DNA of 63,988 nt, counting the filler, from Basidiobolus ranarum (lineage: Eukaryota), in the NCBI GenBank assembly GCA_040143965.1. It is 3 parts of 3 records of this genome, joined end to end, with 100 filler letters (N's around TTAATTAATTAA, not from the genome) between each part and the next. Parts side by side here need not be neighbours in the genome. Positions count along the whole stretch, not along the records: positions 1 to 23,963 come from JASJQH010007035.1; 2 more parts are not named here. One strand, written 5' to 3'. The notes under the pieces are model-generated. The model saw only the letters and a program-made list of their open reading frames with translations, had not been told where the DNA came from and did not search any database. Position numbers and translations under genes: made by a program. Positions 1 through 12,119 of this stretch are shown here, in pieces (position 1 is the stretch's first letter; each line of letters opens with the position of its first letter).

Positions 1-602
1 TTAGCAATTTGTCTTTAACATTAAGACAAATTGTGTTAAAGGCACTTTGTTCTTTTTTAACCTGGAGTAAAATTTAGGTTTCAGATAGTTTTGCCTTGTT
101 TTCTTCTCCTAAAACAGTGTCCCAAAGACCTTTTTCTTACAGCAGCATTTACATTTTAATTTTCTAAACTTGATAATTGGTACCATCCAATTTTTCAGAA
201 GAGGGAAAAGTTGCATAGATTTGAGAAGTAGACATTACAGAGAGTGCGAGCTTGGGGCTCATAACCTGTTAAAGTATTAGGGTGCCTGTTGGAAGTGGTT
301 TGGAGAATCAGAGGAATTGGTAGTTTTCACTTGTTGATTTATTGAGTAGAAAGTTGGCATTTATAGTTTTGTCAAGATGTAAACAAACAAGCATGTAGAA
401 TATGCTAAGGAAGGGCCCAGGAACTTGTGTGCAAAGTTTGGGGCTTCTAGTACAAGTTTGAAAAATCTATATATCTGAGAACTTCTAAGTTAGTAAAATA
501 TCTTAAATAAATTCCTTATGAGAATAATGGATAATATCTTAGTGAATTATAACATTACTAATTACTAAGTTATATATGACTGTATAGATGCTAATTTCAA
601 CA
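1..602 (-). mobile_element. Ty1/copia element 1: 5' LTR (267-602), PBS and start of gag; continues beyond the left edge
   Basis: 1-266 closely resembles 1810-2076 (gag 5' region). 267-602 is bounded by TGTTAA...TCAACA and matches the LTRs at 22892 and 60517. PBS abuts the LTR. Confidence 0.9.
255..266 (-). promoter_or_regulatory. Primer-binding site GGTTATGAGCCC (initiator tRNA-Met anticodon arm, half-tRNA priming type)
   Basis: Plus strand GGGCTCATAACC directly abuts the LTR end and matches the tRNAi-Met anticodon stem-loop; degenerate copy at 2065-2076. Confidence 0.85.
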
Positions 603-2398
603 TCTTTTACAGTCTGGGATTCATATATTTGATATCAGATTTGGTTACACCAGAGCTCTGGAATAGTTGCCTAGCTTGTTTTCCATATATACAACCCTCA
701 CAAATTTTCATTTTGGTTTGGGGATTGATTTGAGTTCCAGAAATTGGGAGATTTTTGATCACTTTGCTCAAAAAATCAAATTCAATATGGCCAAATCTCT
801 TATGCCTTAATTGAAAAGTTTCTTGATTAGAATAACTTAGATTTACACATGAATCTCTTGGATTATATGTAAGCCTGTTTAAGTTTGGATGCTTTTCTCC
901 CATTGCTAAATAACTCCCATTTTGATCAGTGATGGTGCATCCTGACTTACCAAAATTGAATTTTAGCCCTTCTGAGGTGGCCTTGCATATATATATTAAG
1001 TTCTTGGCAATATCTGGAACATATAATTCATCCTTAAAAGTATATACTTTCTCTTCAGAAGCTCCAGTTAAATTGACTTGAGCTGTTCCCATCTCAATAG
1101 CATCCAATATGTGATCATCTCCCATGAAAACCTTTCTAATTGGGATTTCTTCATAATCCACAAACCAATGTTTTGCATTTGTGAAATGTTGGGAAGCTCC
1201 AGAATCAATATACCACATCTAAGAATCCTTGTTGGTAGTCATAGACAGAACAGATATGATCAAGTGATTGTCTGCTATAACCACATTTCCACAGTCAGTA
1301 AGTTTTTCTTCTGTTGTAATTCTTTTAAAGCAATCTGTGCTCAAATGGCCAGTTATTTTACAGTAATCACAGAATGTGTTACTTTTCTTCTTAAAGTTCT
1401 TTTGCCTTTTATATGAAGGTTTCCTATAGCCTAATAAAGCATTTTCTTCCTTCTTTTGGTTGGATCCCAATTTTCCTAAATCTTCATCCAGAAGTCTGCC
1501 AAATACAAAATTTAAGGTAATATTTTTGGTTCCTAATGCAAGAGCCATTACTAGGCTCTGATACTCATGTGCAGGCTATTCAGGACTGTAACTATGATAT
1601 CTTGATCAGTGGTAGGTACTTCAATGCATTCCATTGCATCCACTAAAGTAGTGACTCTATTAATTAGTTGTTCAAAGTCTTCTCTGGGTTTCATCTTTAA
1701 GTTAAAGAATTGTCTTCTTAGAAACATCTTGTTGGCAGTAGAACATGTTTGGTAGGCATTTTCCAAGGCTTTCCAAACCTTGTTGATAGCTTTGGCCCTT
1801 GAACATTGTATTAGCAATTTGTCTTTAACTATAAGACAAATTGTGCTGAAGGTATTTTATTCTTTTTTTACCTGGACCAAAATTTCAGTTTTGAATAGTT
1901 TTGTGTTGTTTTCTTCTCCTACAACAGTGTCCCAAAGTCCTTTTTTTTGTAGCAGCTTTTTCATTTTAATTTTCTAAACTTGATAATTGGTTTTATTCTC
2001 TTTTTCAGAGGAGGAAAAAGTTCCAGAAATTTGACAAGTAGACATTATAACAAGTGCAAGCTTGAGGCTCATAACTAGTTAAAGTATTTGGGAGCCTGTT
2101 GGAAGTGGTTTGGAGAATTAGAGAAATTGGTGGTTTTACTTGTTGATTTGTCGAGTATTCAGTTGACATTTATAGGTTTGTCAAGATGTAAGCAAAATAA
2201 CATGTAGAATGTGTTAAGGAAGGTCCCAGGAACATGTGTGCAGAGTTTGGGGATTCTACCACAAGTTTGAAAAATCTATGTATCTGAGAACTTCTAAGTT
2301 GGTAAAAATACTCTAAGTAAATTCCGATTGAGAATAATGGATAAAATTTTAGTGAAATATAAGATAACTAAGCACTAAGCTATATATGACTATATATG
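603..2398 (-). mobile_element. Ty1/copia element 2 (decayed): truncated 5' LTR 2077-2398, gag, protease, GAG-pre-integrase; internally deleted and interrupted by element 1
   Basis: Gag fragment VWKALENAY...FLRRQFFNLKM, zinc knuckle CDYCKITGHLSTDC, protease WYIDSGASQH, HKRFGH...CEGCIYGKQ. Frameshift near 1570, in-frame TAG at 1219-1221; LTR lacks its last ~25 bp. Confidence 0.9.
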
Positions 2399-2539
2399 CC
2401 GTTATGGAAATATCTCCACAAAATTCGTCATAAATAGCGTTATTCCAAAAGAAATGGAATTTATTTATTAACGCAAAATGTGAAAGCAATATTATGAAGC
2501 TATAGGGTCAGTCATGAGTTTACTAACTGAATATGACTA

Positions 2540-5500
2540 TTAAGAATCGGAAAAAAAGTTTGGAACATCCGTAAATAAATTTCGACTATGCTTTTTAGTT
2601 CCAAATTGAGAGAATGTGTAACTTGGTGCCCCGGTGTCTGGCTGAGTTAAATCCAACACTGGTAGATTGTCAAATGAGAAAATGTCACTCTCTTCCAAAT
2701 CTTTGGGTGGAAATTCACTTGATGTGAAATCAGGGACTGGAGATAATGAGTCGGACTTCTTAAGACTACTCTCTGGAATGGAGTCTCTGTTGCTTGCTTT
2801 GAGATTGTCTAAAAATATGGTCATTCACTAATTCAAGCCAGTTTAAATGTCAAAACGCAATTACCACTTTTGACCGTATTTCTATCGTTCCACTCGTGGT
2901 CCGATTCAGAAATGTTGATTTGTGGCTCTTCAATCTTTTTTGGGTATGTCCTTCTTTTCCTCTTCCGAACCCTTGGACTGCTAACACTGAAATTAGTTCA
3001 ATTAGCACCATGAACGCCTAATAACTGTCTCACCTCTGCGGTTTTGAGTGGTCCTGTACTTTAGCGCCCCTTTTGCAACAAAGGTGTGCGCAACTGAGAG
3101 AGTTTAGTTTTCGGAGTTAGTAATTAAATAAGCGCAATTTACCTCATCTTATTGAGACAATGGTGTCCACACGTTTTGATGGAAGGCGTATCTTCGGGGA
3201 TATCATCTTTCTGAGAATCTAACGTATTCTTCTATATTTATCAGTATGCTGTGTTTGTTATTTTTTAGTAGCGAAATACTGATACCTGAGGGCTACCTGT
3301 ACTTATCTCGATGTTTTTTTCGCAACCTGCACTAACAGGGTACTCGTAGTGAAGGTCCAATCCAACTGAAACATCGTTAAAGATTCTGTTGTAATAAAGA
3401 ACGTTTAAAAAGCTTACGGAAGTCTTCGCAAAGAACAGAACAATATACAGTCTCTATATTGTCATTCTGGCTTAATTTTATGCGAAAGTTCTTTGGATCT
3501 TGTAACTTGGAAACACTTCATAATCTTAGTATACACAAATGAATGTGACCACCGAGGATATATACTTACGCTATTCTTCTATAATCCAAAAGAGTGCCAT
3601 CGCCGGTTGACGCCAAAAAAATTGCCCAGATAATCAGCCCATTCTTCGTAACTTTTAGTTTCTTGTTTTTCAAGCCGATAGTGATAAGTAGCTCAAATTC
3701 ATCTTTGGATACATATTCATTGAACTTCGAGAAAATAAAACCATTAATACTGAGTTCAAATCTTCCACAATGTATCATTACCCTTTTGATAGCTAGTGTG
3801 AATTTTGGCAAAGAGTGAAGTGAATCTAAAATCTATGATTATCTGTATATAAGCCGGCGGCCAGTATATCAGTATTCAATCAATTCTACCTGATGGCCAA
3901 AAGGTGGATTTCGATTAAGAATCTGGGAAACGTTCATTAGCCTTGAGAAGGTCAGGGAGTGGTATATCAGTAACCTACCATTTCTATTCTATGCGGATCT
4001 GCCTCTCCTAACTTCTTCAATGATATGATCCCAGCATTAGTGAGTTGCCGTATAGATTGAGGACCTAGCCAGAAGATTAGAAAGATTCTCGCAGTGCAAA
4101 AAAGAGTTTATACCAATTTTTTCGATCTGCCTCAAGACACCTGTAGAATCTTCCCAACATTTGGCCTTTAAACACCGATATCTAAACATCACCGTTAGCG
4201 GTGAAATCAGGTTTCATCATTATCATCAATAATTACTCACAAGCTGATGGCATTCCTTAAGGCTACAGGATCTTTTCTTTCGAGACAGCATTCGATGATA
4301 CCTGCCATGTGATCTTATGTTAAATATGATATTAAAAGAATTCCACTACGATTTACATTTTAAAACTCTGCTGCCATGGTGTACGATGATATTTGCATCT
4401 TGATTCATCGTTGCTTGTATCTTTGGGTCTGAGAACGATATTCCTCCTAATATAAACTAATTGATCCATTAGAACATGATTTAGCGTGATATGGAAACAA
4501 TTACCTACTTGAATCATCAGGAATATCCTTTCGTCTACAGTTTTAACCTTTCCTTTTAGAGGGAATTTCAGAGAAGTATTTTTGTTTTCCTTATTGAGAA
4601 CCGATTTTTCTCCAGATTGAATTCGTAACTCACTAAATTCCTCAGCTTTAGATAGAATTTCTAACTTTTTAACGTTGATTAGATTATGATCAATATATGA
4701 CTTCTGCTCCCCACTTACTAGCTCTCTAACTGAGGCTCCCCAAGTCATTTTGCAAATGTGAACCATAGTCCCCAACTTGATGTAATATTTGGCCATACAT
4801 TTTCCGAATGCTTGATACTCTAGTTAAACTAGTGCGAGATTGAAAACATTTGTTAAGGAGGACATACCTGTTGCTATTATTTTGCTAGTTGTCAAATTCA
4901 TCTCTACTAATCCGTTTTTATCCAATGATGCCAGGCCATTAACACCAATTCCTTATGTGGTACTTAGTAAACATGAGCACAGGAGTTAAACTATTTCAAA
5001 GTCTTTACCCTCAAGAGCTTTTTCAGAATTTTGTTGTGCTTTAAACTTGGCCTCTACCATATAATGTTCCGGGTTTGATTTGATTCGTACATACAAAAAT
5101 GTTGATTTCAACCTTTATAATTGTCAGAATCGCTGGTGCACTATCACAAAGAGACTAATTTACCATTTAATAGCTTCTTCAACACTGGTTATAGTTCCCA
5201 AGCAAATCTCCGCATTAAGGTGTTCAATTAAATTTTCATGTAAACTACAATACATTGAGTTGAATTATTATCTAGTTTGATTAACGAATTTTCATAAGCA
5301 CACTAACCTGCTCTCAATCGTTTCATTTCCGGAGATCAATTGTTCATATTTCTCTTTGTTCTCACTCGAAGTCATGATAACAACGACACCAGCTTTGTCA
5401 AACTGTGGGCGTCCAGCTCTCCCTATCATCTGTAAGATATCTAATTCTGAATACTCTTGGTATTTGGAATTATTGTAGCCTATATTATAGTTCAACGTTA

Positions 5501-8209
5501 AAATACAGAAAGAAAAATTATCTGTAATCGCGAGCAACCTAGTGTCGATTTTATAATAACAAGGTATGCGGGAAAGTTGACCTGTAGATTGATATATTCA
5601 GTCACACGCTGAGTTAGCAATACCAAATCGGAAAATACATACACCAACGGCCAACGTAGTTGTCGTACCTAGAAATTCTCACTAGTCAATTGTAACTGTG
5701 GGAAACTGAACAGTAAACACCAATCAACTTACATATGACCTTCAAATGACTATTAAGAAACAGTTGTTCCACCACTTTTCTATCTTTGTAGTCCAGACCG
5801 GCATGATGGAAAGCTATGCCCGCTTTAATGTACTCTTTGGATATTCTCTGTTTGAGATTATGCTCCTTTAATACGTTCTTAAACCAAATTTACCTTGGAG
5901 TTTTTTATCTTTAACGGATCGACATGACTGCTCGAGACTAAAGATGTTTGTTAAATGTATATACATTATATGAGTAATACTGAGCATAACCAACATTGTT
6001 GATCTGGCTTGATTTCCATCATTCATACTTTGTTTCAGTTGATTATCTGTTGCTAGAACATCACATGCTAGTTGAGCGGATTTTCTAGTGTTACAAAACT
6101 GCAACGACGTAAGAACCCTCAATAAATAATACTGAGCCTAATTTGGTATTTTACCACGAGAGTAGGTTTTCCTGAGGAATGATTGCGAATTATCTCGGCC
6201 AATCTCGAATGATGTAATTAGTATGATCATAGAAAATATAGATGGATTTTGTGTGAGGTTTTACCGAAAGTTTAGATTGCGATCAAAAAGAAATGGAGAA
6301 GCATTATTGACCGGGTATCCGTACACAAATCGGTTCAACTTCACAGGCCTATACTCTTCACCAAAACGCTTTACACATGCCAAATTTTTTCCTGATCTTT
6401 CATTAGTCGGACATATTCCTTCACCTAACCACTCGGCTATATCGTTTACATTTGGAACAGTGGCTGAAATGGCAATATAGCGTATTTGAACGCTTATAGC
6501 TTTCATTCTACTTACCTGGAGAAGATATTAGATACTGTTTAATACATCAGAAGACATTGAAAACTTACCACTGCTTCAAGAGCAGCACCTCGCTTTTCAT
6601 TAAGCATATGCACTTCATCGATCTATATGAAGTATTAGTTATGTCTTCCAAGCACTGGTATATTTTCCGGCATTTACCATAAACAACCGAATCATTTTCA
6701 TGAATGCTTGATGATCTTGCCTGTAAATATAAGGGAAATACTTAATAAACCATAGCCCTTTGTACTCCTAGGAGTACTTACCATCTCCTTGTAATGGAGT
6801 CCCACTTCTCCGGAGTGGTTACTCTAAAAGTATGCTTCAATATTGAGTAAAGATTGGTTGAAATGATATCACGCTTTCTTACATTATGTTGCACTTTTTA
6901 ATATCAAATATACTCGTAGAATTCGTATCTCCAGTAAGCTCTCTACCTTGATATACGATTAGTAATCACTAAGGTGACATTATCAGAGTATGATACCCTA
7001 CATGTTAAACCAAAAGGCCGGAACTTTTGCTCCCAATCTGCTGATCTTTCAGAGCATAATGCCTTTTGAGAAGATAGTTGAAATTTACCACAAATTGAAC
7101 AGTAAGATGTAACGGAAATCCACCTTAATAGGAGCCATGTAAATAATCTTTGCATTACTTGATTTGTTGCTCATCAATAATTTAACCATAGCGAGCTCCA
7201 AAACACATGTTTTTCCGGATCCAGTCGGTGCTTTCCAGTTTAAATCTTAGTAGCAGTTTGAATTTAAAAATTATGACAAAACTTACCACTAATGACCATG
7301 TTGACAGAACTATTTAGAGCCTTGTATATATTTAAAATATGATTCAATGCTAATAACAGCGTATATATGAAAGTATGATAAGCTTACTGAGTCAAAGCAT
7401 TGAGATTGCATCCTGTTGAACGTTTGAAAGGAAAATAAACTTCGGAATCGGTCGGCTTTCATTAGAATATTGATTAGCATATTTTACAAGAATGAGAGAT
7501 TAGTACTCCTCAACTTACGCAGTACTGATACAGATTTCAATGCTACATCTTGTATACTGGTGGCGTTGTTAGTTAGCTCTCTAGAAATTTTTCCAAAACC
7601 TTGAGAAATCAAATTAATCACTTTAATATGCAATAATCGTTTCATATGTATATATATAGCACTCACTCGGTTGACTATTAGCGGATCGTGGGACATATCG
7701 TTCGAGAGTTTTACTCGTGCTTCTCTAAAAGTAATTATGAGTATTTCGGTTTAATTAAGCGATTCCAAGGACTATTTTACCTCTAAGAATCTATTTGCGT
7801 CATAATGAACCTGGGAACTTCTTGTCGGTATATAGTCGGATCTTTCACTCTCTAATACATTCCAGCATTTATTTGGAAATTCATACGAACTATAACTAAT
7901 TACGTATGAACTTACTTGGAGTCTGGATTATTAACCTTTGAGGGCTAAATTTATTATTAGTTACGTCACAAACAATAAAATAGAGGCCACTTGCCGCTGG
8001 TCAACCGGTTCTTGCAACTTGTCTGAGTATGAATCTACTAGTGGAAATTTAGTGGAAATATTGCAAGTAATACTACAGTACACAGTACATTTACCTGCAG
8101 GGCTTTGATAAGAAAAATTCCACGTAGCTTGTGGTTGGAAATCAGTCATATTTTGGTAGAAATCATACTCTTCTGCTTCGATCTCACTGAGCAGTTCATC
8201 GATATCCAT
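2540..8209 (-). CDS. MER3: Meiotic DExH-box DNA helicase Mer3/HFM1 (many short introns)
   Basis: Spliced motifs APTGSGKT, TTPEKWDSITRRW, IDEVH, ISATVPN, RFGEEYRPVKL, QMIGRAGRPQFD, a Sec63-like region and a C-terminal C-x-H-x-C...CAHLCC finger. ATG 8209, stop 2540-2542. Confidence 0.9.
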
Positions 8210-9529
8210 GGTGGTTAACCAAAGGTAAAAGAGTATGTGAAATACTTATACATTCCATTAAACACTATATGCGCATTTAGTCATAGAAAGTATCAAAAGG
8301 ATGATTGTTACCAGGGGAACCGATTAATCAAATTAGTATTTGTTATTCCATGGAGCGTCGGTGTCTTAATAAGTCAAATCCCATTTTGAAGCAATCGAAA
8401 AGAAATTCTAGATAAGAATGACAGGGACAAATCTAAAAAGGCAAATCTCCGAGCCTCCAGAATATAAGCGAAGGAAAATTACGAAGCGTGCGAGAATTGA
8501 AAATCATGTAACGGAAGAGTGGGTATAGCCGTAGCAGATTTGGCGCACTAATTACTCTTTCCAACAACGTAACATCACTGGCATTCAGGAATAGAATTTG
8601 TAGTGGTCACGCTAGAAAGTACCAGATCAATTTTCGCGCTTTCTAGACTACTGTGCAATATCAGACCTAATTCGGCAAGATAAAGCATGATAACAAAGCA
8701 GCGAAGATGATATCCATAGGCTAATATTGATTGAGGTATGTAATATCAGTACCGTGTTTTGAAGTACCATGGTCTCACCGAGCGAATATGGGTTTGCTGG
8801 ATCTTATGGATTTTCTATAATCAGAACTGGCAAATTTTTTCAAGGATTTACTGTTACATCCTATCGCTGAAGTGGTGAGAAAGTTCTACGAAATTGGGGA
8901 CCGTACCCTCAATTCCGCCTTATCTCCCACGAGCATTTGCGAAAACAGGCAATAATAGAAGATAGTTGCTATTTTGGTTATATGAACGCTTCCATCAAGT
9001 TATCAACAAACCACGAAGGGACAATTGCCCAAAGTCAAGGGCTGAGGGTTGGATAGAATCCCAGTACATCCCTTCCTAGCTGCTTTAGATGTCGTTCACA
9101 CTTTCTGTTCTTCCAGCTTCTCTGTCTGTAGAGGAAATTCCAGAAATATTGCCATACATGGGGAACTTTAACATGGTCAAATGGGCCCAAAAAATGGGGT
9201 ACATCCAGGGATTTATCATGAAAGCTATCATGGAAGAGGTTTATAGATGTAGACCCTGAGATGTAGATTTTAATTGGCCAAACTGTCTCGTTGTAGTGTA
9301 TGATACACGATGACTGAAAATACCAAAATATCTGATAGATACTTCCCAAATATGGCGTAGTCCTAACGTAAACTCTAAATTGAATCTACTGAGGGTAAAG
9401 ATCCGAAAAAGATAGCAAGTGCAAGGTTTTCTTAAGAAATTCCTGGATGCTTGAAAGTATTTAAGAGTGGTGCATTCTTTCCGAGTCGTCACTATTTATT
9501 TACTCTCATTTATAGCTTGACTAGTGTAG

Positions 9530-10876
9530 ATGGAACTAACTGAAAATCAAGTAACTATCCCCTCCCCTCATAGCTGCGCTAGCACTAGGTCTGCTGCTAC
9601 ATTGGTGGTAGATGACGAGCCATCTAAATCCATGGATAAGGAAACGGGCGTTGTGGAGTTAGACGAAAGTTACCCTGAAGGTGGTCGCGGTTGGCTAGTG
9701 GTTTTTGGCGGCCTCCTCGTCCACTTCGTCGTTTTCGGTATCCAAACCACATTCGGTATCTTCCAAGAGCATTATCTAAATGTAGTGTTCCCTAATTCAA
9801 GTCCAGCCTCCGTCTCTTTAATTGGTACCGTTGGCGCTGGTATTCTAGCCATTCTAACCGTAGTTACGGGCTCTATGGCTGATCGGTTTGGTTACAGAGT
9901 CACGATTACCTCTGGTGCCTTTATACTTGCGGCTGGCTTAGTTCTAGCCTCCTTTTGTACAGAAATATGGCAACTGCTTCTGACCCAAGGTATTATGTAC
10001 GGTATTGGTGGTTCTATGTGTTATCCTCCTGCAATCAGCGCACCCTCTCAATGGTTTTCCAAGAGAAGAGGTCTTGCCACTGGTCTGACTGTATCTGGTT
10101 CTGGTATCGGTGGCTTAATTCTAAGCCCAATTACACAGGCCTTGATAAATTCTTTGGGACACAGATGGACTTTACGTATTTTGGCTCTTTATGCCATCGT
10201 CTTTTTGACCATCAGTTCTTTGCTTGTGAAAAGAAGATCGTTCCCTAAGAAGCAATCATCATCAGAGAAGTATGTTCATGATTACAGCTTCTTTAAGACA
10301 GTCAGATTTTGGATTTTCTTTGGCACCGGGCTCTTTACTGGATTCTCATACCTGGTTCCCTTCTTTTATATGCCAACTTACGCGGTATTCGTGGGTCTTA
10401 GCTCCAATCAAGGAGCTGTATTAGTGGCCTGCGCTAATGCTGCTTCTGCTGTTGGTCGTATTAGTACTGGATTTATTTCTGACAAACTCGGATGTATGAA
10501 TGTTCTTGGAATCTCTCTCTTTACTGCCGGTGCGATGTGTTTTCTTTGGATGTTCTCGACAGCATTTGCTCCGTTGATTATTTTTATGCTTTCCTACGGA
10601 TTTCTTGGTGGGGCATTCCCTAGTCTTTTCCCGGTAGTTACTGCTCTTTTGTTCGGTACGGAAAATCTTGCCACCATCGCTGGTGCTCTTTATGCCTCAA
10701 CTGCTATTGGTGATGCTGTAGGAGGTCCAATTGCTGGTGCCTTGTACGATGTAACTGCGCCTCATTACAATTATCGTTGGTCTATTGCATATGTCGCGAT
10801 AGGAATGTTCTTGTGCTCTGTGACTGTTGCCACTCTTAAGCACAACAAATATCGTACTCTTTGGGGTTTATTGTAA
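9530..10876 (+). CDS. MFS transporter, monocarboxylate-porter (MCH-like) family, 448 aa, intronless
   Basis: YPEGGRGWLVVFG, GSMADRFGYR, QWFSKRRGLATG, GFISDKLG; about 12 hydrophobic segments. Confidence 0.9.
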   Translation: MELTENQVTIPSPHSCASTRSAATLVVDDEPSKSMDKETGVVELDESYPEGGRGWLVVFGGLLVHFVVFGIQTTFGIFQEHYLNVVFPNSSPASVSLIGTVGAGILAILTVVTGSMADRFGYRVTITSGAFILAAGLVLASFCTEIWQLLLTQGIMYGIGGSMCYPPAISAPSQWFSKRRGLATGLTVSGSGIGGLILSPITQALINSLGHRWTLRILALYAIVFLTISSLLVKRRSFPKKQSSSEKYVHDYSFFKTVRFWIFFGTGLFTGFSYLVPFFYMPTYAVFVGLSSNQGAVLVACANAASAVGRISTGFISDKLGCMNVLGISLFTAGAMCFLWMFSTAFAPLIIFMLSYGFLGGAFPSLFPVVTALLFGTENLATIAGALYASTAIGDAVGGPIAGALYDVTAPHYNYRWSIAYVAIGMFLCSVTVATLKHNKYRTLWGLL

Positions 10877-12119
10877 AAAGCGTCATCAATCCATTATTCC
10901 CAGCATTCCTAATGATAGACATTTCTTCTCCATTTCCGAACTTAACGAGAGAAATCACTGTAATATATTTTTGTCATTATCGCCTTTAAAATTGTTCATT
11001 CTATATACAAACACTCCATATAAAAACCATCTCTAAAATTCATATATTTTGAGCATCACTATATTATCCATTTTTCATGGTATATGATATTTGGGGATAT
11101 TATTAACCGATTTTGGTTTTATTATCAGAAAGTGTACTTAGATATAATTATCGGTATTGTAGGAACTGGAAATATAAAATATGCAGAATAGAGAACAGAA
11201 TTACTGAGAAATCAAAAAAAGCAGATTTTGACAAAATAATTACGGGCAAAAGAGGAAGCAATTACAGATGTTGCGATACAATCAATCGGGTTTTCCAAGA
11301 GCTACTTAAAGATGCTTGGAGATGCTGATTGAAGTCAACACCTACAGTACTAATAATTAAATCACCACAAGGCTTATACATAACATCCAATGACTGCTCA
11401 TCTTCATGCAGCGTATACTTCATATTTCTGAGAGCATTGATCGATGACAACCAGGCACTCCATCAATACAAGAGCATCCTAAAAGGGGCAGTCTAGGTAT
11501 TCATTGGTCACTACAAAGTAAACATCATTCATTCAGAATACCCTAACCCAGCGATACGCAGATGTATTTATTTTATGATATGGCTCAGAATTTCCGATGT
11601 TAAAGAATTACGGGCATTGCTAAACAACGAATTGTTATTGTTTATGAACCTGATCGATATCAATTTTCCTTATTTTTTTCTTATCAAGTAGGATAGATTT
11701 GTTGATTCCCATATACCCAAACAGTCAGACTGCCTCACTCCTTAATCAACAATCCAACCCAAGTTTACCTCTTCTGGCTATTTTGTCTATATTGTCGTTG
11801 TTTTTGTCAGTACTTTTACTTTTTGTTACTTCTTACCTCTTATAATTCAGCATCCGGTCCTTCTAACCGTTATACAGTTTATTAGACACCAATTACTCCT
11901 CGGAATATACATACCAGCTTTCCGTACTGTATTTGTTTCACTACTCAACTACAGGTTCTTCTGACCTTTATTGTTCATCTGTTGTAACTTTATTTCTCAA
12001 CGTTTATTATTTTCTTTGTGGGGGTTTCCTACCATTTAAGAAGATTCCTCTTAGACTACTGAAACTACACAGAGTACTTCCACTTTTTACCACATCTTCG
12101 TTATCAGTGAACATTCAAG

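Noticed and set aside
1219..1221. In-frame TAG at the gag-protease junction, suggesting programmed readthrough
   Set aside because: The same element has a frameshift near 1570 and heavy C>T decay, so CAG>TAG is simpler; would need the stop shared by many copies.
11262..11450. 62-aa minus-strand ORF with intron-like signals between MFS and STU2
   Set aside because: No consistent spliced frame or recognisable family.
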